Assembly: GCA_027623015.1 (NCBI GenBank) | Contig: JAQBVR010000001.1 | Location: 14,773 to 78,772 of the forward strand | DNA length: 64,000 bases | Source: a bacterium | GTDB taxonomy: Bacteria; Patescibacteriota; Gracilibacteria; Peribacterales; Peribacteraceae | Reading direction: 5' to 3' | In this document: one piece after another, positions 37,101 through 45,134 of the stretch | Position numbering within the stretch: position 1 is the first letter of the stretch | Layout of the letters: every line of letters begins with the position of its first letter | Position numbers and translations under genes: made by a program | The notes under the pieces: model-generated | What the model saw: only the letters and a program-made list of their open reading frames with translations | Told to the model about the DNA's origin: nothing | The model's database searches: none

Positions 37101-37418
37101 ACAAAAAATACACATGACTTCTTAGAATCTAGAGGTGTTACGTCTGCCCTACTTCATAAGGTTAGCCAGCCTCGTAGTCCAAATATTCGAGAATACCTCG
37201 AGAAGAAACGTATTGAGCTTGTTATAAACATACCAAGTTCAAGTCGCAGCAAAAACGAAAGGACGGATGGGTACTTTATTCGTCGCATAACGATAGACCA
37301 CGGGATTCCACTTATTACAAATGTACAACTTGCAAAGCGAATCATCGAAGCAGTCGCACAGGAAAAGATCGAAGAACTACCACTTATGCAGTGGCCAGAG
37401 CTGCTGTCTGCCTCTTAG
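34143..37418 (+). CDS. carB: Carbamoyl-phosphate synthase large subunit
   Basis: 1091 aa with duplicated ATP-grasp halves ([36 protein letters not shown]; second half [20 protein letters not shown]). The C-terminal domain is MGS-like. Confidence 0.95.
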   Translation: [1091 protein letters not shown]

Positions 37419-37523
37419 TAGAGAGCTACGATCCACCTTTTTTTACGAAAGAAGTGAAACCAAAACGGCTGCAATCACTTTATTGATTTCAGGCTAGTGA
37501 AGTGAAGGATACAAAATGGCACC

Positions 37524-37916
37524 CTACGTATTCTCGATCTGCTTTAGCAAGTCATCTGTCATCTCTGATTCGCCAACTTCAGCCTCAGCTTCTTGTGCCT
37601 GTCTTGCTGTACGACGTTGCAAGCGCTCCATACCAGTCTTCTTCACAAGCTCCTCTTGCCCTATCTCCTCTATCTCTTTACTGTATTTGTTGTCTATTGC
37701 TGCAAGCTGCTGCTTCTCGTTTGATAAGATACCACGGAGATTCTCTACTTGGTCTGGTGTCATAATTGGAAGAATGTTTAACCAATACTGACGCTCTTCA
37801 TCGTTCATACTTTCTGACCCCAAAATAAGCTCTAAGAGGTCGGGATACTTTGTACGAACGTCATCAGATATTACTAGTCCACTTTGGGCCATTGTAGTAG
37901 CAGGGTCATCAGCCAT
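37524..37916 (-). CDS. Hypothetical acidic, coiled-coil-rich protein
   Basis: 130-aa ORF with protein-like composition (NDEERQYWLNILPIMTPDQVENLRGIL). The antisense plus-strand ORFs are S/L/C-rich shadows. Confidence 0.55.
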   Translation of the reverse strand: MADDPATTMAQSGLVISDDVRTKYPDLLELILGSESMNDEERQYWLNILPIMTPDQVENLRGILSNEKQQLAAIDNKYSKEIEEIGQEELVKKTGMERLQRRTARQAQEAEAEVGESEMTDDLLKQIENT

Positions 37917-37949
37917 GTATTGATAGAATACGAGGAGTAAGTAAAACTA

Positions 37950-38462
37950 TCAAGCAACCTTGATCACTTCATACTTCTGTATGCCACTGGGTGTATCGAC
38001 AGTAAGTATATCTCCTTTTTTGCTTCCAAGTAGTGCTCTTCCAATTGGAGATTCGTTGCTGAGTTTTTCATTCATAGGATCCGCCTCTGTTGTTCCAACA
38101 ATTGTGAAATTTTGTGGCTCCTCGTTATCTGTTTTGTTACGGACTGTAACCGTCGATCCGACGTTTGCTTCTATGCCACCAGATACCTTCTTGTCAGATA
38201 TGATCTTGGCGTTCTTGACCTTCATCTCCAGTTCAATGATACGACCCTCAACGAATGCTTGTTCATTTTTTGCCTCTTCGTACTCAGAGTTTTCTGAAAG
38301 GTCTCCGTACGAAATAGCTTCTTTCAATCGCTCAGCTAACTCCAAACGTCGAGTTTTCTTTAAGAAGTCGAGTTCTTCTTTTAACTTTTTAAGACCTTCT
38401 TTGGTAAGAAGCGTGTGGTCCTGATCATCAAAATCTCCTGCTGCTCCCGTTGTAGTTGTCAT
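37950..38462 (-). CDS. greA: Transcription elongation factor GreA
   Basis: LTKEGLKKLKEELDFLKKTRRLELAERLKEAISYGDLSENSEYEEAKNEQAFVEGRIIELE, plus a C-terminal FKBP-like domain. Confidence 0.9.
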   Translation of the reverse strand: MTTTTGAAGDFDDQDHTLLTKEGLKKLKEELDFLKKTRRLELAERLKEAISYGDLSENSEYEEAKNEQAFVEGRIIELEMKVKNAKIISDKKVSGGIEANVGSTVTVRNKTDNEEPQNFTIVGTTEADPMNEKLSNESPIGRALLGSKKGDILTVDTPSGIQKYEVIKVA

Positions 38463-38568
38463 AGAAATAGGGTGAAAGTGGGCGTATGTTAGAGAATTAC
38501 GGGTATAGGGGCAAGTATTTTACAGAGAATCAAGGGCGTTGTTCCCCTTTCATCTTTGTGGAATTATC

Positions 38569-39561
38569 TTATATAAACGACAATATCGAGCGATCTATAA
38601 GCGCAAGAAGCTCTTCTGGGGATTCAGCTGTTGCCCTGTATTTCCCTGTTTTTATACCTTTATCTGCATCTATTGCAAAGTCTAAAATACGTTTAAGAAC
38701 TGCTTTATCTAACTGTTTTGCATAGGGCAGCATTGCCTTTATCCCCATAGGATTTGCTCGGATTTCTTTGGCAATATTCCACGGATTTGTTTCTCCTCCT
38801 TGGACATATGCAGCTATATCTATAATAACAGAAAGCATCCAGAGGTATGTGCTCCAAAGAGCCTGTGGGCTAAATCCCTTGTCGAGGAGTGTGTGGACAT
38901 ACTGGAGAGCTACCTCCGGCTTACCTTCACCAAGTATATCCATGAGCTTCCAAGCTTCACGCTCAGCACTTGTTGCTACTAGCAGCTCTATATCTGCATC
39001 TGTGACATCTTTTCCAGTGCAATACATGGAAATTTTATCTATTTCTTGAGCGATAAGCGCCTGATCATCCCCTACGCTATCTAGCAAGAGTCCTACAGCA
39101 GAAGGTATAACGCGTGCATTATTCGCTGCAAATCTTGCTGTTATCCACTGTAGCTGCTTTGCGTGGTTCAGGGATGGGCACTCCTTTATTGTAGCAAGCT
39201 CATAGAGTTCCTTGGATGGAACTGTAAGTTTTGCACGTTTACCTATGTCAGATTCTAGAACAAATAATAGAATAGTGTCTTGATGCATGGTCTTGAGAAT
39301 ATGTGCGATGTCTCCTTTTTTTCCTCTTGGCATACCTTCGACTACAACTAAACGTTTTGGAGCGATAAATGGTGCTGTTGTACACTCACTCTCTATATCT
39401 GAAAAGCTTGCTTTCTTTGCATCGATTCGTAGTAAATTCTCTTCTCCATGCTTCTCTATAAATGTCCTTGTCCAACGAATACGCTCCTCTACTAAACAAA
39501 ATCTATTTGGACCAACGATGAAATGAATCTGATTACTAGCCATAGATAGGAATACTAACAT
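38569..39561 (-). CDS. holA: DNA polymerase III delta subunit
   Basis: Size and layout fit delta. The N-terminal clamp-loader-like domain lacks a P-loop. The C-terminal helical domain reads AWKLMDILGEGKPEVALQYVHTLLDKGFSPQALWSTYLWML. The start may be Met7 (39543). Confidence 0.7.
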   Translation of the reverse strand: MLVFLSMASNQIHFIVGPNRFCLVEERIRWTRTFIEKHGEENLLRIDAKKASFSDIESECTTAPFIAPKRLVVVEGMPRGKKGDIAHILKTMHQDTILLFVLESDIGKRAKLTVPSKELYELATIKECPSLNHAKQLQWITARFAANNARVIPSAVGLLLDSVGDDQALIAQEIDKISMYCTGKDVTDADIELLVATSAEREAWKLMDILGEGKPEVALQYVHTLLDKGFSPQALWSTYLWMLSVIIDIAAYVQGGETNPWNIAKEIRANPMGIKAMLPYAKQLDKAVLKRILDFAIDADKGIKTGKYRATAESPEELLALIDRSILSFI

Positions 39562-39784
39562 AATCTAATCCATTGTTTCTAGTTGCAAGTTGCTAGTCCT
39601 GAAATACTTTTTTAGATTGACATTTAATGCATTTGTATCTTATGAGTCATTTTATTAGCGATATTGCCTCAGAACGAGTAAGAAGTAGCAAATTATACTG
39701 CCAACATATCTACATAAATACTATATGATGATACTATTGCATTGAGTCAATGTTCAGCGCATTGAGAAATTACGTAAATTGGCT

Positions 39785-39790
39785 TATAAT
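39785..39790 (+). promoter_or_regulatory. -10 box TATAAT, 8 nt upstream of ATG 39799 (leaderless-type promoter)
   Basis: The sequence reads GGCT TATAAT AGATTGAT ATG. Confidence 0.5.
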
Positions 39791-39798
39791 AGATTGAT

Positions 39799-40128
39799 AT
39801 GTACAAAAACATCCATTCCATTTTCTCCCAAAGAAACCTTCAGGTGTTCGCACTTAGTGCGTTCGCTATAGCAGGTTCTTTTTCTCTGGGGATACAATCG
39901 GCAGGTGAGGTACGACCTATCTCACTTATAGAAGCCGGAAGTATTCAGATCGCAGGAGACATAGATGGGAATGGCGAAGTTGACCTTCGAGATGTCATAA
40001 GCATCTTGGAGATTGTTCAAGGATATAGCGTTGCTACTCCTGAGCAAATGCGCGCTGACCCAAACAGGGACGGCAAGCTAACTGTCGATGATGCTATTCG
40101 CATTCTATCTCAACTTTCATTGCGGTAA
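39799..40128 (+). CDS. Small secreted dockerin-only protein
   Basis: Signal/TM sequence (VFALSAFAIAGSFSLGIQSAG). It is followed by two dockerin Ca-binding repeats: GDIDGNGEVDLRDVISILEIVQG and ADPNRDGKLTVDDAIRILSQL. Confidence 0.8.
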   Translation: MYKNIHSIFSQRNLQVFALSAFAIAGSFSLGIQSAGEVRPISLIEAGSIQIAGDIDGNGEVDLRDVISILEIVQGYSVATPEQMRADPNRDGKLTVDDAIRILSQLSLR

Positions 40129-40145
40129 TTACTGATCTTCCTTTT

Positions 40146-41567
40146 ATGAACTTTTCTGAGTTTCACACTCGGCTACGCATTAACAGCATATTGACTCTAT
40201 CGAGTATGCTTGTCGTATTATTTATGCCTCTACAAGCACAAGCTGCAACTCAAGACACAAGAATCTACGTTCGTCCACACTGTGAAGGTGAATTTGAAAA
40301 TGAGGTAAGTCTCTTTGGAGAAGTGCCTGATTATGGTGGACTCAATCTTTTTGAAGAGCGATGTAGTAACTTCTCTGTAGAAAATCCACAAACGCTCATG
40401 ACACCAAAGTTGCTCGTTGGTGAAGAGCTCAACATCGATATAGTCGTTCGGAACACGAGTGGCCAGGCAGTAAATCATGTTCGGTCATGGCTTTCGTATG
40501 ACCCAAATGTTCTTGAAGGAGTATCTGTTGATGTTCACGCAAACTTTCCTGCAGTCACTCCTGGTGAAAGCAACTTCGATACGACCAATGGTTATGTGAT
40601 GGTAGAAGCAAGTAACGATGCATCGGATGCGAACAAGCAGCTCTTTGTACGAGTTGCTCAAGTAAAGCTAAAGGTGAAACAAGCTCCACCATCTGGGACA
40701 TTTATTAGCTTCTATGATGTTCAGCGTGGTGGTCATACCACTGTAGACACAACAGAAAATAGTGCAGATGAAAACATTCTTGGCGAGGAACCAGGTGGAC
40801 TGCATGTTGTTCTGGATGCTGGTGAAGGCGATCGTACAGATACGACTGGAACAGCAGATACATCTGATGACACTGAAAGTAATGGAGGCGCAGCTACGCC
40901 AAACCCCGGAACAGCAGGAGGGCCAGCACCTACTCCAGCATTTGGGGCACCACCGTTACCAAATGGTGGTGGAGACACTTCTGGAGAAAACCCATTTGCA
41001 AATCAAGATAATGCATTTGGTACATCTGGTGAAGGACTCACCGCAAATACGAGTGACCAAGGCACGCCAGACCGAACAGCATTCTCGCTACTCCAAGTGC
41101 GAAATGTACGCACAACCACAGAAGGAACATCTATCTACCTCGCATGGGATCAATTGAATTCTTCTACACTTAAAGCATATAACGTTTACTATGGAACTAC
41201 GACTGGGCGTTACATACAGCGCAAGACTGTCGACAAAGAGATGAAAAGTGTGATATTGCGATCTTTACCTATCGATGCAAAGTATTTTATGGCTGTACGA
41301 GCAGTAAGCATTGCAGATGAAGAAAGTGCATTTAGCCAAGAGGTAGCCATAGTTGTCGGCGATCCTAGCTCATCTACTGCACTTCTCATCGAAGGTGACC
41401 CTGGAAGTGACATCGTCACTAGCCCAGTAAGTGGATCTGTAAACGGTCAGATCCCCGGGGGAGAAACTGGGGTGCCATCTAGTCTCGCACTCTTCCTTCT
41501 CATTTCTGCAATCCTTGGAACACTTCTTGCTTCTCGTAGACAGCTCATCGTCTCTTCAACTCGATAG
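40146..41567 (+). CDS. Surface protein: signal peptide, cohesin-like domain, G/P/T-rich linker, FN3 domain, C-terminal sorting signal
   Basis: The cohesin-like core LNIDIVVRNTSGQAVNHVRSWLSYDPNVLEGVSV...LFVRVAQVKLKVKQAPPSGTFISF resembles clostridial cohesins (YDPNVLE block). FN3: TSIYLAWDQLNSSTLKAYNVYYGTTTGRY. C-terminus: IPGGETG-VPSSLALFLLISAILGTLLA-SRRQ. Confidence 0.72.
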   Translation: MNFSEFHTRLRINSILTLSSMLVVLFMPLQAQAATQDTRIYVRPHCEGEFENEVSLFGEVPDYGGLNLFEERCSNFSVENPQTLMTPKLLVGEELNIDIVVRNTSGQAVNHVRSWLSYDPNVLEGVSVDVHANFPAVTPGESNFDTTNGYVMVEASNDASDANKQLFVRVAQVKLKVKQAPPSGTFISFYDVQRGGHTTVDTTENSADENILGEEPGGLHVVLDAGEGDRTDTTGTADTSDDTESNGGAATPNPGTAGGPAPTPAFGAPPLPNGGGDTSGENPFANQDNAFGTSGEGLTANTSDQGTPDRTAFSLLQVRNVRTTTEGTSIYLAWDQLNSSTLKAYNVYYGTTTGRYIQRKTVDKEMKSVILRSLPIDAKYFMAVRAVSIADEESAFSQEVAIVVGDPSSSTALLIEGDPGSDIVTSPVSGSVNGQIPGGETGVPSSLALFLLISAILGTLLASRRQLIVSSTR

Positions 41568-41569
41568 CC

Positions 41570-42514
41570 ATGAGTTCGCCCATCCATCCAGACTGGCAGA
41601 ACACCGATGCAGAGACTGAAGAAGTGCCCGTTCACGACGTAAATGCACCTGCACCAACTGAGATGCATACCATCTCCAGGCGACCAGCAGCTATAGCAGG
41701 GATCTTACTTGTTGTCGGTTCCGCATCTTTGTTTATGCACGGTGTGGATACGCTCACAGGTCAGCTTACAGAACCTATTTCCGTCATATTAGCAGATACT
41801 GGTATAGACCCAGTTGAGATCACCGTTCCAGCAGGAGAAGAAGTGAGATGGACGAATCAACAGGAAATCCCACAGTACTTAATCTCCGATACACTGTGTA
41901 GCCCAAGTGCAGATGAATGCATGAGCACATCAACGATGTTTGAAGGAGATGAGATCAGCTATACTATACCTGCAGATGTTCCAGCTGGCTCATACGAATA
42001 CTTCTCTCCTACAGATCCAAGCCTTACAGGAACAATCATAGTCACCAAAGGATCTAGTAAAACTGTAACACCAGCTAAGAATGGAGATACTCCAGCAGCT
42101 GGAACTACTGAACCAAGTCCAGTGGATTCTGTTGCAAGCGCACTGACATCTGCCCAGCAGCGACTACTAGACTCTATACAAAAACAGCTACAGATTGAAA
42201 AAGACACCAATAAGACAAAAACAATACATCGAAATACTGATACATCTATCCCTACAGCAAACGCACCGATCAATGGTATAGCGCAAAACCCATACACCAT
42301 CGGAGGTATTGCAAATGTACCTATCGCCAATGCTGGTAATGGACAGGGATTTGTACCGCCTACACAAGAGAGACCTCAGACATTTGGAAATAATCAAATC
42401 CAGAAGCCATACAGGCAGGCGGATACAGGGGCAGAAGTTTGGGCAGTACTTGTACTTGCTATTGCTGGGCTATGGCTTGTCACCAGAGGATACTTCGTTG
42501 GATACACAGAGTAG
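41570..42514 (+). CDS. Surface protein with amicyanin-like cupredoxin domain lacking copper ligands; C-terminal sorting signal
   Basis: ITVPAGEEVRWTNQQEIPQYL...GSYEYFSPTDPSLTGTIIV aligns with the amicyanin pattern V-x-W-x-N...P-H-N...Y-x-Y-x-C-x-x-H-x-x-M-x-G-x-V-x-V, with H, C, H, M replaced by Q, S, D, L. C-terminus: RQADTG-AEVWAVLVLAIAGLWLV-TRG. Confidence 0.55.
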   Translation: MSSPIHPDWQNTDAETEEVPVHDVNAPAPTEMHTISRRPAAIAGILLVVGSASLFMHGVDTLTGQLTEPISVILADTGIDPVEITVPAGEEVRWTNQQEIPQYLISDTLCSPSADECMSTSTMFEGDEISYTIPADVPAGSYEYFSPTDPSLTGTIIVTKGSSKTVTPAKNGDTPAAGTTEPSPVDSVASALTSAQQRLLDSIQKQLQIEKDTNKTKTIHRNTDTSIPTANAPINGIAQNPYTIGGIANVPIANAGNGQGFVPPTQERPQTFGNNQIQKPYRQADTGAEVWAVLVLAIAGLWLVTRGYFVGYTE

Positions 42515-42517
42515 AAA

Positions 42518-42526
42518 TGATAGTAT
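42518..42526 (+). promoter_or_regulatory. Extended -10 box TGATAGTAT, 6 nt upstream of ATG 42533
   Basis: The sequence reads AAA TGATAGTAT GAAGAC ATG. Confidence 0.45.
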
Positions 42527-42532
42527 GAAGAC

Positions 42533-43282
42533 ATGACCCCAAAGCGAGATCTTCAAAAAGCACTGGAAGAACATCAGAGAAGCGACCGCCATGGCACACG
42601 CCTTGGTAGCTTTATTCAAGACGTCGTCTACGGTGGTAACGATGGCATCGTCACAACCTTTGCTGTCGTCGCAGGAACAGTGGGTGCAGATCTTCCTCGG
42701 TATGTCATCATCATCCTTGGTATGGCAAATCTCTTTGCCGATGGAAGCTCTATGGCAACAGGTGCTTACCTCTCACTACGATCGGAGTTTGACCAGTATA
42801 GGAGACTGCGCAAAGAGGAGAACCAAGAAATAGACGAAGACCCAGAGATAGAGGCAGAAGAAATACGTTCTCATTTCAAAGGCAAAGGCATCGAAGGAAA
42901 AGACCTAAGTGAACTGACAAGGATCCTCACATCCAACCGTGAAGTCTGGATCGATACGATGATGCATACAGAGCATGGCATGACAGAGGATTCCTTCTCG
43001 CAACCTATGCTTCATGGATTTATGACATTCATCTCGTTTGTCATCTTTGGCTCTCTTCCTCTGCTCCCCTACATCTTCGATGTTGACCCAGCCAATAGAT
43101 TTCGCATTGCTATATATGCAGCCTTCGGTGCACTAGCAGCACTTGGCCTCACACGTAGCATCGTCACCAAAGAACGCTTGATCCGAGGACCACTGGAGAT
43201 CATCAGCGTCGGTGCGATAGGCGCGATAGTTGCGTACGGTATTGGTGTATTACTCAAGAGCACCGTCGGGCTTGCTATCTGA
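42533..43282 (+). CDS. VIT1/CCC1-family iron/manganese transporter
   Basis: [17 protein letters not shown] signature, a central acidic cytoplasmic region, and C-terminal TM helices. Confidence 0.82.
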   Translation: MTPKRDLQKALEEHQRSDRHGTRLGSFIQDVVYGGNDGIVTTFAVVAGTVGADLPRYVIIILGMANLFADGSSMATGAYLSLRSEFDQYRRLRKEENQEIDEDPEIEAEEIRSHFKGKGIEGKDLSELTRILTSNREVWIDTMMHTEHGMTEDSFSQPMLHGFMTFISFVIFGSLPLLPYIFDVDPANRFRIAIYAAFGALAALGLTRSIVTKERLIRGPLEIISVGAIGAIVAYGIGVLLKSTVGLAI

Positions 43283-43322
43283 TGGTTAAGTATTTTTAAT
43301 AGAATGCTAGTTATAAGAGTGA

Positions 43323-43348
43323 GCGGAAGTTGGATGACCAACTCCCGC
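43323..43348 (+). terminator. Hairpin downstream of the VIT1 gene
   Basis: GCGGAAGTTGG-ATGA-CCAACTCCCGC (11-bp stem with one mismatch). A T-rich tract (CCTTTTGTTGTT) lies about 10 nt further on. Confidence 0.4.
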
Positions 43349-43554
43349 AACTCCGTCCTTTTGTTGTTCCGCACTCCTTGGTCATGTAACAGCCCTTCGA
43401 ACGTGTCCGAGAAGTTCGACAGCGTACGGATACTTTTTTCTAAATTGGTAGTTGGTGTCTCCGTTTTGTAGAAGATTACCATTTTCGAATTCGATTCTGT
43501 AATCTGGCAATCAGGTATAGCAGAAACGTCTGAAGTCACGGAGCGATCAATGCA

Positions 43555-43965
43555 CTAGCCCATTACCTGCAAGATGCTTACAGCAACGATGTACGTAACG
43601 AGGGAGCAACCTGCGTTGATGTAGAGAAGCTGCATAGGACGCTTCTCCCACGCAACACCGTGGAGTTCGCTAGGAAGAGTAGTAGCGAGCCAAACGATGA
43701 ATGCGACCTCTAAGCCTTCTCTGACACCACCAGCACCCGTAATATAGAGAAGCACAGCTAGGAAATATGTGGAGACGAGTGTCGCTATGAGACCTGTAGC
43801 CATAGCCTGCTGCATATCTTTTTCTGCATTAGCCTTGGTCATCTTAGTCAGTTTCATCCATTGCAAGCCAAAGAGTTTTGGACTGTACCAGAAGAAACCG
43901 ATACCCATGCTAGCTACAGTAGCGATGATGACTGCTACAAAATTTACCGATGCGATTGAAATCAT
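43555..43965 (-). CDS. DUF1761-family membrane protein
   Basis: The N-terminus NFVAVIIATVASMGIGFFWYSPKLFGLQWMKL matches the DUF1761 signature. Four TM helices. Confidence 0.65.
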   Translation of the reverse strand: MISIASVNFVAVIIATVASMGIGFFWYSPKLFGLQWMKLTKMTKANAEKDMQQAMATGLIATLVSTYFLAVLLYITGAGGVREGLEVAFIVWLATTLPSELHGVAWEKRPMQLLYINAGCSLVTYIVAVSILQVMG

Positions 43966-44025
43966 GAAATTGGAGGGAAAGTGCCTCTACAGTGTACGTT
44001 TCTCTATACGTCATGACCATAGAAA

Positions 44026-44490
44026 TTACATCACCCACCCACCGTTTACACTGGTCAAAGAATCAGGATGCTTGCGTCCATCTTGTAATAATTCGTTGAA
44101 ATGAGATAGTCCATCTGCATACGGCGCACTTTTATGTGCTTCACCAATGGCACTTCCATCGGTAACTCCAGCAAATGCTGCTGCTCCATACATTTTTCGC
44201 AGTCCTGCAGCTACTCTAAACCATCGCTGCAACTGTGCAGACTCATCTTCATGAATCTCATTTGTTACAGCACACTTTTCTGAAACTCCCCAAGGAACGC
44301 CTGCAGCATTTGCTATCAATGTGTTCTGCAGATCTTCATTTCGTGAGCCAGGCCACCTATGACAAATAGTTGCAAGAAGAGGTAGGACAGTATCAAAACG
44401 ACCTAGAGTTCCACCTCCTTGCAAAATATTTACCTGATTACCATGCGCTGCATCTAGTAAGGAATATATAGGAGGGATTGTGCGATCCAA
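44026..44490 (-). CDS. Hypothetical protein
   Basis: 154-aa ORF with a TTG start. It is preceded by AGAGGAG about 10 nt upstream, one of the few clear Shine-Dalgarno sequences in the window. I recognised no motif. Confidence 0.45.
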   Translation of the reverse strand: MDRTIPPIYSLLDAAHGNQVNILQGGGTLGRFDTVLPLLATICHRWPGSRNEDLQNTLIANAAGVPWGVSEKCAVTNEIHEDESAQLQRWFRVAAGLRKMYGAAAFAGVTDGSAIGEAHKSAPYADGLSHFNELLQDGRKHPDSLTSVNGGWVM

Positions 44491-44560
44491 ATTTGGAATG
44501 CTCCTCTATTGTATTTAGCTAATTGCTAGTTTATATAGAAGATGAGATAATATATAGGTT

Positions 44561-45127
44561 ATGGTAAATCCCTTTCTCGTGATAGACACCCTTTCTATCC
44601 TGACAATTATCGGTCAGGTAATAGCCGTCTTTGCAGCAACTGCATTGCTTCTTTCTCTTGCAGGAAATAGATTTGGCATCCGCATACGTCACTGGATCGC
44701 TACACATGGACTCAAGCTTATGTTTGTCGTAGCCATAGTCGCGACGTCTGGCAGCCTCTTCTTTTCGGAGATGGCACTCTTTGCTCCGTGTAAAGACTGT
44801 TGGATACAGAGGATCTTCATGTATCCCCAAGTCGTACTGCTGGGCATTGCCCTCTGGAGGAAAGATGCAAATATCGCATGGTACATCCTTGCACTATGTC
44901 TCCTTGGAGGTGCTATGTCTGGGGAGCATTACATAGAACAATGGGAGGCAATGCTTGACCCTATAGCACATGACCCAGCAACACCGTGTGACCTTTCTGG
45001 CGTTTCCTGTAGTGCAACCTACATCTTCGAGTACGGGTACATCACCATTCCTCTCATGGCAGGAACAGCATTTTGCTTAAACATCGTTGGTAGCTTGAGT
45101 ATGGTTTTGGAGAAGCTGAGGAAGTAG
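44561..45127 (+). CDS. Disulfide bond formation protein, DsbB/BdbC family
   Basis: Four TM helices. The first Cys pair sits in the context FAPCKDCWIQRIFMYPQVV. The second pair is PCDLSGVSCSAT. Confidence 0.75.
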   Translation: MVNPFLVIDTLSILTIIGQVIAVFAATALLLSLAGNRFGIRIRHWIATHGLKLMFVVAIVATSGSLFFSEMALFAPCKDCWIQRIFMYPQVVLLGIALWRKDANIAWYILALCLLGGAMSGEHYIEQWEAMLDPIAHDPATPCDLSGVSCSATYIFEYGYITIPLMAGTAFCLNIVGSLSMVLEKLRK

Positions 45128-45134
45128 TGTCGGC

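Noticed and set aside
37502-37791. Plus-strand ORFs 37502..37765 and 37516..37791.
   Set aside because: They are antisense to the better-supported 37524..37916 gene. Their Ser/Leu/Cys-rich composition suggests non-coding frames.
43069-43539. 156-aa minus-strand ORF.
   Set aside because: More than 200 nt of it overlap the well-supported VIT1 gene on the opposite strand. It has no motif or start-site support.
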